From a virus (lineage: Duplodnaviria; Caudoviricetes), in the IMG/VR virus record IMGVR_UViG_3300029288_000077, positions 119,766 through 183,765 of that record: a stretch of 64,000 bases of DNA; one strand, 5' to 3'. Both the position numbers and the translations under genes were made by a program. Below are positions 29,733 through 39,593 of this stretch, one piece after another. The first letter of the stretch is position 1. Each line of letters begins with the position of its first letter. The notes beneath the pieces are model-generated. The model saw only the letters and a program-made list of their open reading frames with translations. It did no database searches and was not told where the DNA came from.

Positions 29733-30271
29733 AGAGGTTGTTTGTAGATCCAGGCAGTGTGTCTGGGTATGCTTGTTATAACAACGGCAATTTGTGTGAA
29801 CACGGTTATTGTAATTGTAAGGTGTATGATAAGGAGTGCGTTGACTACGTAAAATCAATCATTGAACTTACAAAACCAGAAGAAGTATATATTGAGCGAC
29901 AGTTCCTGCCTGAACCAAAAAAAGAGAACGGAAAAGTAACAGGCAGAACACTTGGTATATTCACACTGGTTTTGAATAGGTCTGTGTGGGATGTGTTATC
30001 TACACTTATTATTGGCAGTGATGCTGTTAAAGAAGTGAATGTTGCTAAGTGGCAATCACATTTTGGGCTAAAAGTGGACAAATCTATTAAGAGCAAATAC
30101 TCCAGAAAGAAGAAGCTGAAGCAAGATATGATTTGCAAGGTGAAAGAGCTGTTTGGTATTGAAGTGTGTGAAAATGAGGCAGATGCTGTACTAATAGGTA
30201 AGTATATAACCGACAAAGAGAGCAGCGATGTCACTGGACCTGACAGCACTAATAGCGGTAAAGGATCGTGA
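29729..30271 (+). CDS. RuvC-like Holliday junction resolvase
   Basis: LFVDPG, VYIERQF, 'KWQ' and NEADAVLIG catalytic pattern. Confidence 0.8.
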   Translation: MKRLFVDPGSVSGYACYNNGNLCEHGYCNCKVYDKECVDYVKSIIELTKPEEVYIERQFLPEPKKENGKVTGRTLGIFTLVLNRSVWDVLSTLIIGSDAVKEVNVAKWQSHFGLKVDKSIKSKYSRKKKLKQDMICKVKELFGIEVCENEADAVLIGKYITDKESSDVTGPDSTNSGKGS

Positions 30272-30962
30272 GTTCAACATAAATTACTGTTTGTCGTCGA
30301 TAGATAAGTGCAATCCGAAACCGAAGTGTATTTTAGTTGATTTTGGTAGCAAGATACCTTTGTCCGGGAGATTCAACTATGACTGGTTGCAAGTGATTAG
30401 GGTTACTCGCAATACTAGCCTGTTTCATAAAGCAAGAGCACTGAACATAGGACTGAAGAAAACCACTACCAAATATGTGTGTGCTACGGACGCTGATCAG
30501 GTCTTTAACCCATCATTTTTTGGTGTGGTGCATGATTTGCTCATGAAGAACCCAAAAGCGTTCGTGATGTGTTATACATATTTTTTGTATAAAGCTCCAA
30601 ATTTTAAGCCGCATGAACTCAATTATCACGCGCTACTAAAACAAGTGCGTGCATCAAAATCCAAATTGAGTGGAGATGGATGTTGTAATGGTATAAACAA
30701 AGATTTTTTGATGAGTGTGCATGGATGGGATGAAAGATACATTGGGTATGGTGCAGAAGACAGTGATATGAATCTTCGTGCGCGGTTACGCGGGTATAAC
30801 ATAGTATGGGCACATAAATATACTAATATGATTCATTTACCTCATAGCAGAAGTACGCCATATCACTCAGCTTCATATTTATCTGCAAATAGAAAGATGT
30901 ATTATACAAGAAGAAGAATCAAAGACGTGGTTGTAAATCCCAGGAATTGGGGTGAGATTTAG
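30228..30962 (+). CDS. GT2/GT7C-type glycosyltransferase
   Basis: 'LVDFGS', 'KARALNIG', TDAD (DxD) and 'GWDERYIGYGAEDSD'. Confidence 0.9.
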   Translation: MSLDLTALIAVKDREFNINYCLSSIDKCNPKPKCILVDFGSKIPLSGRFNYDWLQVIRVTRNTSLFHKARALNIGLKKTTTKYVCATDADQVFNPSFFGVVHDLLMKNPKAFVMCYTYFLYKAPNFKPHELNYHALLKQVRASKSKLSGDGCCNGINKDFLMSVHGWDERYIGYGAEDSDMNLRARLRGYNIVWAHKYTNMIHLPHSRSTPYHSASYLSANRKMYYTRRRIKDVVVNPRNWGEI

Positions 30963-31897
30963 TGTCAAGACCAAAGATCATAACGATACGAAAATGGGGC
31001 ACCGCAAACTGTATGCGTGAGTTTGGGTTTGATGTGTATTCTGTTCCAGTTAATAATTTGAAGAGCGCGCGTTTGTTTATGATGGCAGTTAAGGAGATTC
31101 AACCTGATATATTCTTTTTCTCTAAAGATGAGAGTGTGTCGCCCAGTGTATTTAAGAGGGTGAGAACTTTGTCACCCAATACAGCTTGTGTGATGCTGTA
31201 CTGGGATCAACGTGGGCGTGTTCCTGGGATAATCAAGGCCAGGAGAGGGTGCATAGACTCCATTATTATAAATAATGCTGATCCAAAACAATTTTTGATG
31301 TATAAAAAATTTGGAATAAAAAATGTGTATACGCTGTATGATTCTGCAAACAGTAAGATATTCAATCCTATTAATAAAAAGAGAACATATGATTTAATAT
31401 TTGGTGGCTCGAACTACAAAAATTTGTTTCCGCTGTCTAATATGAGATTGTGTTTATTGGGAGAATTGAAAAGGAAATTTAATATGATAGTCTATGGTAA
31501 TGGTTGGCCATTTCAATCTATGCCTATAGTAAGAAAAAATAAATATTGTGAGGCTATTCAGAATGCAAAAATTAGTTTAGGTATAAATCATTATGATGTA
31601 TATAAATATTATGAGGAAAGATTTATTGAGTGCATGGCAGCAGGAAGAATGCATTTAACATATTATATACCTGGAATGGAAAACGATTTTGGAAATAGAA
31701 AACATGTGGTGTGGTTCAAAAGTGTTCCTGAGTGTGTTGATCTTGTGCGTTATTATTTGAAATACCCAAATAAGAGGGAAGAAATAGGGAGGGATGGGAG
31801 GAAAAGGATTTTTGAGCTTTTTGATATCAAAAAGAACACACAGAGATTATCAAATATACTTAAGGATTCATATACAAGAAAGCAGGCGGCAACGTGA
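30962..31897 (+). CDS. CgeB-like GT-B glycosyltransferase
   Basis: 'AKISLGIN...ERFIECMAAG...YYLK.P..REEIG..G'. Confidence 0.85.
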   Translation: MSRPKIITIRKWGTANCMREFGFDVYSVPVNNLKSARLFMMAVKEIQPDIFFFSKDESVSPSVFKRVRTLSPNTACVMLYWDQRGRVPGIIKARRGCIDSIIINNADPKQFLMYKKFGIKNVYTLYDSANSKIFNPINKKRTYDLIFGGSNYKNLFPLSNMRLCLLGELKRKFNMIVYGNGWPFQSMPIVRKNKYCEAIQNAKISLGINHYDVYKYYEERFIECMAAGRMHLTYYIPGMENDFGNRKHVVWFKSVPECVDLVRYYLKYPNKREEIGRDGRKRIFELFDIKKNTQRLSNILKDSYTRKQAAT

Positions 31898-32946
31898 AAG
31901 TTGGTGTGATATTGGATGATTTTTCCTATTATAACTTCTCTCCTGAATTTCAGGCCATTAAAATAAGTAGTAAAAATTTTATGAATGACATTAAAAATAT
32001 AGATATGTTGTTTGTTGAATCTGCCTGGGCCGGAAACAACAATCAATGGAGACTAGTTATAGGTCCTAACAATAGGTGGGTTGATGGTGCTATTAATTCT
32101 ATCATAAATGTGTGTAAAAAAAGAGGAATTCCTACAGTTTTTTGGAATAAAGAAGATCCCGTACACTTTAAGAATTTTTTGTGGTTAGCAAAAAAGTTTG
32201 ATTTTGTTTTCACTACAGATGATGGTTCCATTAATAAATATAGAAGTGCTTTGAAACACAACAGAATCTATGCGCTTCCTTTTGCCGCCCAACCAATGTA
32301 TCAATACCCTTCTGTGTTGTCTGGAAGGAACAAGAACCCGTGTTTTGCTGGTACATACTGGAATAAACAGCATTTGCATCGGAAAAAACAAATGGAGTGC
32401 GTTCTGAAACCATGCATTCCATATGGTTTGCATATTTATGATAGAAAGAAAGTTGGTGGTGCCGGTAATAGTTTTCCAGGCCCATATGATAAGTGTGTGG
32501 TGGGTGGAGTTCCGTTTTTGGAGTTAATGAATAAATATAGAAATTATAGGTTTTTTGTAAATGTTAACATAGTTACGAATTCAAATACGATGTTTTCTAG
32601 AAGAGTTTTTGAAATAGCATCCTGTGGTACGCCTATTTTGAGTTATCCTTCTTTGGGAATGAAAAGGGTTTTCGGTGATTCCATTGTGTTTTCTGATTCA
32701 GAGGAAAAATCGCGTGAATATATAAGAAACATACTGTCTAATGATGCATATTGGGAGGAGTTGTCTATTAAAGGGATAAAGGTTGTATATGGTAAAAATA
32801 CCTATTCGCACAGATTTGATAGGATATGTAGGATTGTCGGTGTTCGTACTCCGGATGTTGTTACTAGAAGGATCGAGTTATACGATAGGGTTATGAAATG
32901 CAACTCTGTGTCTGAGGCATCATTGTTGATGCGTGAGATACTATGA
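31894..32946 (+). CDS. CgeB-like GT-B glycosyltransferase
   Basis: 'FVESAW', 'FWNKEDP', 'LPFAAQP' and 'FSRRVFEI.SCGTP'. Confidence 0.85.
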   Translation: MKVGVILDDFSYYNFSPEFQAIKISSKNFMNDIKNIDMLFVESAWAGNNNQWRLVIGPNNRWVDGAINSIINVCKKRGIPTVFWNKEDPVHFKNFLWLAKKFDFVFTTDDGSINKYRSALKHNRIYALPFAAQPMYQYPSVLSGRNKNPCFAGTYWNKQHLHRKKQMECVLKPCIPYGLHIYDRKKVGGAGNSFPGPYDKCVVGGVPFLELMNKYRNYRFFVNVNIVTNSNTMFSRRVFEIASCGTPILSYPSLGMKRVFGDSIVFSDSEEKSREYIRNILSNDAYWEELSIKGIKVVYGKNTYSHRFDRICRIVGVRTPDVVTRRIELYDRVMKCNSVSEASLLMREIL

Positions 32947-33632
32947 CAGATTCAAACATTTTATCCGCAATAAAGAAAAATACAATGCTAGGTAGCATTA
33001 CGTTTAATAATATCATAAAACAAGTAAAATACGTAATAAAGAATGGTGTGGAAGGGGACTATGTGGAGTGTGGTGTTTGGAAAGGTGGGGGTGCTGCTAT
33101 TGCAGCAAAAACCTTTTTAGATAATAAATCTGTCAGATGCATGCACTTGTTTGATGTGTTCGATGATCCTCCTATGCCCACCGTACATGACGATGAAAAA
33201 CTTGTGAAAAAACTTGGAGGAATAAGGACAGGTGAATGTAAATCTATAAAAGGATGTTATGCAAGAATGGGTAAATCCGGTCCAGGGACAGAAAATGGTG
33301 CAAGGAATTTAATAATTAATAAAGTTGGGTATTGTGAAAAGAACGTGCAATTCTATAAAGGTTGGTTTCAGGACACTGTTCCTGCAGCAAAAGAGGGCAT
33401 CAATAAAATTTCTGTGTTTGTGTTAGATTGTGGGTATTATGATGCTAGTGTTGTTTGTTTAGAAAATTTATATGAAAAGCTGGAAGGAAAAGGTATTATG
33501 ATTGTTGATAATTATTTTACGTATTCTGGGTGCAGGAAGGCAGTGGATGAATACTTAAATAAAATTGGCGAAAAACCAAACATGGTTCGAGTTAATAAAG
33601 ACTGCGTGTGTTGGCACAGGCACAGGATATGA
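32943..33632 (+). CDS. TylF/MycF/NovP-type sugar O-methyltransferase
   Basis: 'GDYVECGVWKGG', 'LFDVF' and 'KGWFQDT'. Confidence 0.9.
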   Translation: MTDSNILSAIKKNTMLGSITFNNIIKQVKYVIKNGVEGDYVECGVWKGGGAAIAAKTFLDNKSVRCMHLFDVFDDPPMPTVHDDEKLVKKLGGIRTGECKSIKGCYARMGKSGPGTENGARNLIINKVGYCEKNVQFYKGWFQDTVPAAKEGINKISVFVLDCGYYDASVVCLENLYEKLEGKGIMIVDNYFTYSGCRKAVDEYLNKIGEKPNMVRVNKDCVCWHRHRI

Positions 33633-35413
33633 AAATATTACACATTGGGGGATCTCATTCCATACACTTATCAGATTTGGTGTATGAATTAGATAAGTTG
33701 GGTCACAAACAATGCGTATTTAGTTACAGGAAAAAGAGCACACTAAAAAATTCAATACCGGTTTATTATTATCCATATGATTCTTTCTATCCTGATGTAG
33801 TTGACGCAAACAAATCAGCGTGTGTTAGGGGCATGCTGAAGAGAATTGTTGAAAAAGAACAGCCAGATTTAGTCCATGTGCATTTTATTATCGTTGGGTG
33901 TGTACCGTTGTTGCTTTTAGATTCTATAAAGAAACTGCCGGTAATTGTATCGCCGTGGAACCTTAGGTTTATGGGCAGCGTGGGAATATTAGGCAAAAGG
34001 ATAAGACGTTCATTTGAAATATGCGACAGAGTGTTGTTTGGATCAGATGTAATATTTAGATGTTTTCAAAAAGACTATCAAATTCACGAAAATAGGTATT
34101 CGTTCTACAAACTTCCCCTTGATTTAGACTGGTACATGCATTCTGATGTAGACTGTTCATGTCCTAAAATACTCTCTGCCAGGGTTATGCAACCAACAAA
34201 CCACCAAGATTTGCTATTATATGCAATTAAGAAGATGAGAGAGGGTGGTGGGGATGTGCACGCAACATTTATTGTTGGTCAAAGCCGAGAGCAAGGTATC
34301 AATTACTTCAATAAAATGAAGGCACTCTCACGCGGACTTAATATTGAAAAACTGTGTACTTTTATAGATCGCAGTTTATCTCAAGATGAGTTTAAAAAGC
34401 TTATTGCAAAACACAATATTGTGTATTCTGTGTCTGAAGACTCTGGTTATTCACAAACAACAATACAATCATTGTGTGCCGGTGTGGTCACTTTAGTAAG
34501 AGAAAATGTACTAGAAAAAAATCTTGCTGATAACAACAAGAATTTACTTCCAGTTAAACTAGACGTAGCTGGGGTGTATAATGGGCTAAAAAAAGCAGTT
34601 GATGGTCTGCAGAATCTGTGCATACCTGTCGGTGAACGAAACAAAGCATTGTTGTTGTATGATAAATCTGTAACTATGCCGACATTGAACTGGATTTATC
34701 TGAATATCAACAAATGTAAAATTTGTGGTGATGTTGTGAGAATAGAAGAAATTTCTGGGCATGATTTGTGTATATGTAATGCGTGTGGTGTTAGGTATCA
34801 TCGTAGTACCCCCTCTGGTAGATTTTTGGATAATTACTACAAAGGTCTTTCGAAGAGATTTGGTAGTATTCAGAAGGCCATAAACAGAAACCACAATCAG
34901 AACAAAAAATCTTTTGAGGTGTATGTACGCGAGGTTAAAGAGAACGTGCCTGTTGGATCAAGAATTTTAGACGTAGGATGTTATGATGGACTATTAGTAA
35001 AGATGTTGGTTGATGCCGGTTATTTGGCAGAAGGAATAGAGATAAATAGTGAATTGGTGAGGTGCAGCAAAAAATATGGAGTCAATGTAACGAATTGCGA
35101 CATAAGCAATTTTAATAATAAATTCCAATACGATACGGTTATATCTCATGCAGTTTTGGAACACCAGCCAGATCCATTCATATTTATTGATAAAATAAAA
35201 AGTGTGCTGTCCGAGGGAGGCACAGTTATTGTGTCAGTTCCTGACTCTTGTAGAAATTTTTCAGTTTCTTATCCTGCACATTTGTGGCACTATACTGCCC
35301 ATTCATTAAAAATTCTTTTCAACAAGTGTGATATGGTTTGTGAAGTGCACCCGAGACAGACATCCAAATCATTGGTGTGTGTTTCTAAAGTGAGAAGGTG
35401 CTGTGTTGAGTAA
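33629..35413 (+). CDS. GT4-like glycosyltransferase fused to a Zn-ribbon and class I SAM methyltransferase
   Basis: MKILHIGG...PDLVHVH; CKIC...CNAC; ILDVGCYDG...VLEH..DP. Confidence 0.85.
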   Translation: MKILHIGGSHSIHLSDLVYELDKLGHKQCVFSYRKKSTLKNSIPVYYYPYDSFYPDVVDANKSACVRGMLKRIVEKEQPDLVHVHFIIVGCVPLLLLDSIKKLPVIVSPWNLRFMGSVGILGKRIRRSFEICDRVLFGSDVIFRCFQKDYQIHENRYSFYKLPLDLDWYMHSDVDCSCPKILSARVMQPTNHQDLLLYAIKKMREGGGDVHATFIVGQSREQGINYFNKMKALSRGLNIEKLCTFIDRSLSQDEFKKLIAKHNIVYSVSEDSGYSQTTIQSLCAGVVTLVRENVLEKNLADNNKNLLPVKLDVAGVYNGLKKAVDGLQNLCIPVGERNKALLLYDKSVTMPTLNWIYLNINKCKICGDVVRIEEISGHDLCICNACGVRYHRSTPSGRFLDNYYKGLSKRFGSIQKAINRNHNQNKKSFEVYVREVKENVPVGSRILDVGCYDGLLVKMLVDAGYLAEGIEINSELVRCSKKYGVNVTNCDISNFNNKFQYDTVISHAVLEHQPDPFIFIDKIKSVLSEGGTVIVSVPDSCRNFSVSYPAHLWHYTAHSLKILFNKCDMVCEVHPRQTSKSLVCVSKVRRCCVE

Positions 35414-36272
35414 TTTTCCAAAGACCATAGTAATCGATAACTGTGGTTTTTGTAATTTGAACTGTGTGATGTGTGATCACAAAAACATACTCAGATATAG
35501 AGACAAAAGGAGCATGGATATAAGTTTATATCGTAAAATAATAAAGGAGATTTCTGTTGAAAATAAAAATGCTAGAGTTTGGGAAATATTTTTTGGCGAG
35601 CCGTGTCTATGCAAGGATATGAGCAGTAGAATCAAAGAAGCGAAAGAAGCTGGTCTTAATGATGTTGTGTTGAACTCAAATGGAGTATTGCTCACAGATG
35701 GAAAATCGCGTTCATACATAGAATCTGGGCTTGATTGTATGTATGTTGGTCTGGATGCAATAACTGAAAGTACATATGATCTAATGCGTGTTGGTGGAGA
35801 TTTCAAGAAAGTGGTGAAAAACATACTTTTGTATAGAGACAATTTGCAGAAATTTGGTACTACGAAACAAAAGCTGTTTGTGCAGTTTATAGAAGGTAAG
35901 TACAATGCACATGAAAAGAGTGAGTTTGTGGAGCGTTGGTACAATCAAGGTGTGGAAGTGAAGGTCCGAAGTATGCTGGGGTGGGCCGGATTACTGGGTT
36001 CGTCACCAATTGCTGATTTTTCAAACAGGAAACCATGTTATTGGATTCAAGATACTATGGTAGTATGTTCAAATGGTTGTGTGCCCTTGTGTGCGTGTGA
36101 TGTACATTGTAGGGTTGAATGTGGTAATTTAAATAACAGTACTATGAAAGAAGTTTGGGGCGGAAAATTGAAAACATACAGAGAATATCACATAAATAAT
36201 GAATGGGATAAAATTCCTGATATTTGTAAGTCGTGCACAGACTGGGTTTTTGGTCGTGCGGAGTATGCATGA
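35403..36272 (+). CDS. Radical SAM / SPASM-twitch domain protein
   Basis: CNLNCVMC (CxxxCxxC), FGEP, and C-terminal C...C.CD...GNL...CKSC. Confidence 0.92.
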   Translation: MLSNFPKTIVIDNCGFCNLNCVMCDHKNILRYRDKRSMDISLYRKIIKEISVENKNARVWEIFFGEPCLCKDMSSRIKEAKEAGLNDVVLNSNGVLLTDGKSRSYIESGLDCMYVGLDAITESTYDLMRVGGDFKKVVKNILLYRDNLQKFGTTKQKLFVQFIEGKYNAHEKSEFVERWYNQGVEVKVRSMLGWAGLLGSSPIADFSNRKPCYWIQDTMVVCSNGCVPLCACDVHCRVECGNLNNSTMKEVWGGKLKTYREYHINNEWDKIPDICKSCTDWVFGRAEYA

Positions 36273-37348
36273 AGGTATTGCATATTGGCGGCAGCACTGC
36301 CGTGCATGTTATAGATGAACTAAGGTTCTTAGATAAGAGAGGTGTACATCAGTATTTGCTGAGTTACAATTTGGAAAATAGAATGCCTGAGTATTTGAAG
36401 AAGAAAATACCTACTTATTATTTATTTGATTTTAAAAAAGAGTTTGGTCCAGGTCATGTCAAGCCCGGAAAACAAAAAAAGCTTATGGTATTTGCAAAAA
36501 GAATTATGAATAAAATTAGACCAGATATCATTCATGTGCACTGTCCGTCTTATTGTGCGGTAGCTGCTTTGTTGTGTTATAGAATGAGAAAAACACCTAT
36601 GCTGATTACTTTGTGGGGTGTTCCTGACATATCTATAAACTCAGTTAATAAAAAGAGGATCAAAAAACTGACTGAATGCTGTACCTACATGAATGCGAAA
36701 AACGTGAATTTTCTGAGGTATTTCTGCAAATTTTATGGTATGAAAAGAGGCAAAGGAATAATATCTGGTTATCCGATAAGACTTAGCGGTTATGTTGGGC
36801 ATGTACCAGATTATTCTCTTCCTAGGGTATACATACCACGGTCTTATTTCCAGGACATGATTGTTTATGCGATTAGAGATGTGTTGAAAGCAGGAAGAGA
36901 CTTTAGAGTTACTTTACATGTCCCGTCAAAAACACGGAACAAGATACTTTCGTTGATTCATAAGCTTGGTATAGAGGATAAATTCGATTATGTATATAAA
37001 ATGCTTCCTCAAGAAGCATTCATTGAAAATATGAAAAAACATAATATATTAATATCTATAAGTTCCGATCCTGGTACATCTGCAACTACTGTTCAAGGGG
37101 CGTTTAGTGGGATGATAGTACTTTCACACCACTCTCCGTACTCTCATGGTATACTAGATGATAATGTTAATGTTATTAAATGTGCAAAAACAGTGAAGTC
37201 CATCAGTAAAAAACTGAGATACGCCATTGACAACTTAGGTGTGTTGGGGCCTAAATTTCATAAAAATAATAAAAAATTGATAAAATTTGACGCCGAGTGC
37301 TCCATAGATGCTATAATGAATACATATAAGAAGATGGTTGGCGGGTGA
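36269..37348 (+). CDS. GT4-like glycosyltransferase, paralogue of the 33629 N-terminal domain
   Basis: MKVLHIGGS...PDIIHVH...KKHNI..S.S.D.G.S.TT.Q. Confidence 0.8.
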   Translation: MKVLHIGGSTAVHVIDELRFLDKRGVHQYLLSYNLENRMPEYLKKKIPTYYLFDFKKEFGPGHVKPGKQKKLMVFAKRIMNKIRPDIIHVHCPSYCAVAALLCYRMRKTPMLITLWGVPDISINSVNKKRIKKLTECCTYMNAKNVNFLRYFCKFYGMKRGKGIISGYPIRLSGYVGHVPDYSLPRVYIPRSYFQDMIVYAIRDVLKAGRDFRVTLHVPSKTRNKILSLIHKLGIEDKFDYVYKMLPQEAFIENMKKHNILISISSDPGTSATTVQGAFSGMIVLSHHSPYSHGILDDNVNVIKCAKTVKSISKKLRYAIDNLGVLGPKFHKNNKKLIKFDAECSIDAIMNTYKKMVGG

Positions 37349-37351
37349 CTA

Positions 37352-38032
37352 ATGGTGGTTGGCGTTCTGCAGCCCAGCTACTTACCGTGGTTGGGGTATT
37401 TTGATCAAATAGATCAATCTAATATATTCATATTCTATGATACAGTTCAATATGATAAAAATGGGTGGCGAAACAGAAATAAAATAAAAACAAAAAATGG
37501 AATACAGTGGCTTACTGTTCCCATCACTAAAAAAGACGGTTTGCTAAAAGATGTTGAAATAGTTTACGAGTCAGACTGGGTTAAAAAGCACCTAGAGTCA
37601 ATAAAACAAACCTATGGCAAATATCGATTCTTTGAAGAAGTATATGAGATTATTAGTAATAGGTTGTTGCTGAAATATGGTAATTTAAGTATGCTGTGCT
37701 GCGATTTGATTGTTGACATTTGCAGATATATGGACATGGATAACATCATGTTCATGAAAGCATCTGATCTGCCTGAATTTACCGGTGATGCAAATGAGAG
37801 ACTTGTGAAGATGTTGATGCACGTGAATGGTACAATGTTTATAGAGGGTGCTTCTGGCATTAACTATATTAATGATAAAATGTTTGCTAGGAATGGCATA
37901 GAAGTTAAATTTCAGAACTATGAGTGTGTTAAATATGATCTTACAGTCAATGAAAATTTGTCGGTGGTAGATGCATTATTTAGATTCGGAAAAGACACGA
38001 TAAACGTGGTACAAAAAGGAAGAAAATCATGA
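37352..38032 (+). CDS. WbqC-like protein (putative glycyl transferase)
   Basis: 'QPSYLPWLGYF', 'DTVQY...WRNRN' and 'WLTVP'. Confidence 0.92.
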   Translation: MVVGVLQPSYLPWLGYFDQIDQSNIFIFYDTVQYDKNGWRNRNKIKTKNGIQWLTVPITKKDGLLKDVEIVYESDWVKKHLESIKQTYGKYRFFEEVYEIISNRLLLKYGNLSMLCCDLIVDICRYMDMDNIMFMKASDLPEFTGDANERLVKMLMHVNGTMFIEGASGINYINDKMFARNGIEVKFQNYECVKYDLTVNENLSVVDALFRFGKDTINVVQKGRKS

Positions 38033-39060
38033 AAATACTGGTAACAGGTGGGGCTGGGTTTATTGGATCAGCATTTTGTCATTATATGAAAAATAAATAT
38101 GGAAAGGAAGTCGAATTAGTTGTATTAGATGCTCTTACTTATGCTGGTAGTATAGAAAATCTGCCAGTTCATTATTCGCAAATCAATGAGGTTGAAGGGT
38201 TTTCGTTTTGGTATGGTAATATTACCAACAGTCAATTAGTGAATGAACTTGTATCACAAGTAGATGTGGTGGTGGGGTTTGCCGCAGAAACCCACGTTTC
38301 ACGTTCCATATATGACAATCAATTGTTTACTGTTACAGATGTATTAGGTACTCAATGCATAGCCAATGCCGTTTGCAAACACAAAAAGTCCATTAAAAGA
38401 TTCATACACGTGTCTACTTCTGAGGTGTACGGAACTGCAGAAGCTGAAAGCATGTCAGAGGATCACCCTTTGAACCCAGCCAGTCCTTATGCTGCAGCTA
38501 AAGCAGGTGCTGATAGACTGGTGTATTCATATTGGAGAACATACGGCATTCCGGCCACAATAATTAGACCGTTTAACAATTATGGCCCAAGACAGCATCT
38601 AGAAAAACTTATTCCAAGATTCATAACGAACATGATCATGGATGAACCATTAAGAATACATGGCGACGGAAGTGCTTCCAGAGACTTTGTGCACGCCGAC
38701 GATACGTGTCGTGCTATTGATTTGTTGTTAAATATTGATTCAGATTCCATAGACGGTAAAGTGTACAATGTGGGATCTGGTGTTTCTAGATCCATACTTG
38801 ATATTGCAAAAGACATATCCTCTTTATTTGGTAAAGAGGCGAAACTGGAGAAAGTTGGTGATAGACCGGGACAAGTTGTTAGACATACGGCAGAATGTCA
38901 TAAGATTGCAAGTCTGGGGTGGATTCCGCGAGTGGATTGGATGGATGGGCTATCACAAACTATAGAATGGTACAAAAACAATAGAGACAGATGGGAAAAA
39001 CAAATATGGATGCGATCAGTTCCTATAGTAACGGCATCTGGGAAGAAGGAGTGGCACTGA
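38029..39060 (+). CDS. rmlB: dTDP-glucose 4,6-dehydratase-like SDR
   Basis: VTGGAGFIG, DALTYAG, FAAETHV, VSTSEVYG, YAAAK and NNYGP; has STSE where canonical RmlB has STDE. Confidence 0.85.
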   Translation: MKILVTGGAGFIGSAFCHYMKNKYGKEVELVVLDALTYAGSIENLPVHYSQINEVEGFSFWYGNITNSQLVNELVSQVDVVVGFAAETHVSRSIYDNQLFTVTDVLGTQCIANAVCKHKKSIKRFIHVSTSEVYGTAEAESMSEDHPLNPASPYAAAKAGADRLVYSYWRTYGIPATIIRPFNNYGPRQHLEKLIPRFITNMIMDEPLRIHGDGSASRDFVHADDTCRAIDLLLNIDSDSIDGKVYNVGSGVSRSILDIAKDISSLFGKEAKLEKVGDRPGQVVRHTAECHKIASLGWIPRVDWMDGLSQTIEWYKNNRDRWEKQIWMRSVPIVTASGKKEWH

Positions 39061-39593
39061 TACGGTTGGTGCTTTCCGATCTTGAGCGCTACAAAGATTC
39101 ATATAAGGCCAGAGGTTCGAAATTTTCCAAAAAAGCGTATTTGGAAAGTTTTGTGTTTAAACCTGGATTCCAGGCAGTGTTGTTATACAGAGTTTCTCAT
39201 TTTTTGTATAAGGTTGGTATGAATTATGCAGCCTGGGCGGTTTCTAGAATCAATCAAATTTTGACGTCTGCAGAGATTGAATTCAACGCAGAGTTCGGCC
39301 CTGGGTTGTTTATTGCCCATCCCTCCGGTATTGTTGTTGGCAGAGGGTCGAAAGTCGGCAAGAATTGTACAATGTTCCAACAAGTTACATTAGGTGTTAG
39401 GAGTTGGGAGGATATGCGATATCCTGCTATAGGGGATGGTGCTGTGCTTTTTTCTGGATCTAAAGTACTTGGTGGTATAAGAATTGGTAATAATGTTACA
39501 GTGGGTGCCAATGCCGTTGTGTTTGACTGTGCTGGTAATGACATGTTATGTGTTGGTAACCAAACCACAAAACATAAGAGAATGAAAACATGA
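39051..39593 (+). CDS. Hexapeptide-repeat (CysE-like) acetyltransferase
   Basis: 'A.FGPGLFIAHP.GIVVG', 'QQVTLG', 'P.IGD' and 'IGNNVTVGANAVV'; GTG start at 39051 inferred. Confidence 0.85.
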   Translation: MALIRLVLSDLERYKDSYKARGSKFSKKAYLESFVFKPGFQAVLLYRVSHFLYKVGMNYAAWAVSRINQILTSAEIEFNAEFGPGLFIAHPSGIVVGRGSKVGKNCTMFQQVTLGVRSWEDMRYPAIGDGAVLFSGSKVLGGIRIGNNVTVGANAVVFDCAGNDMLCVGNQTTKHKRMKT

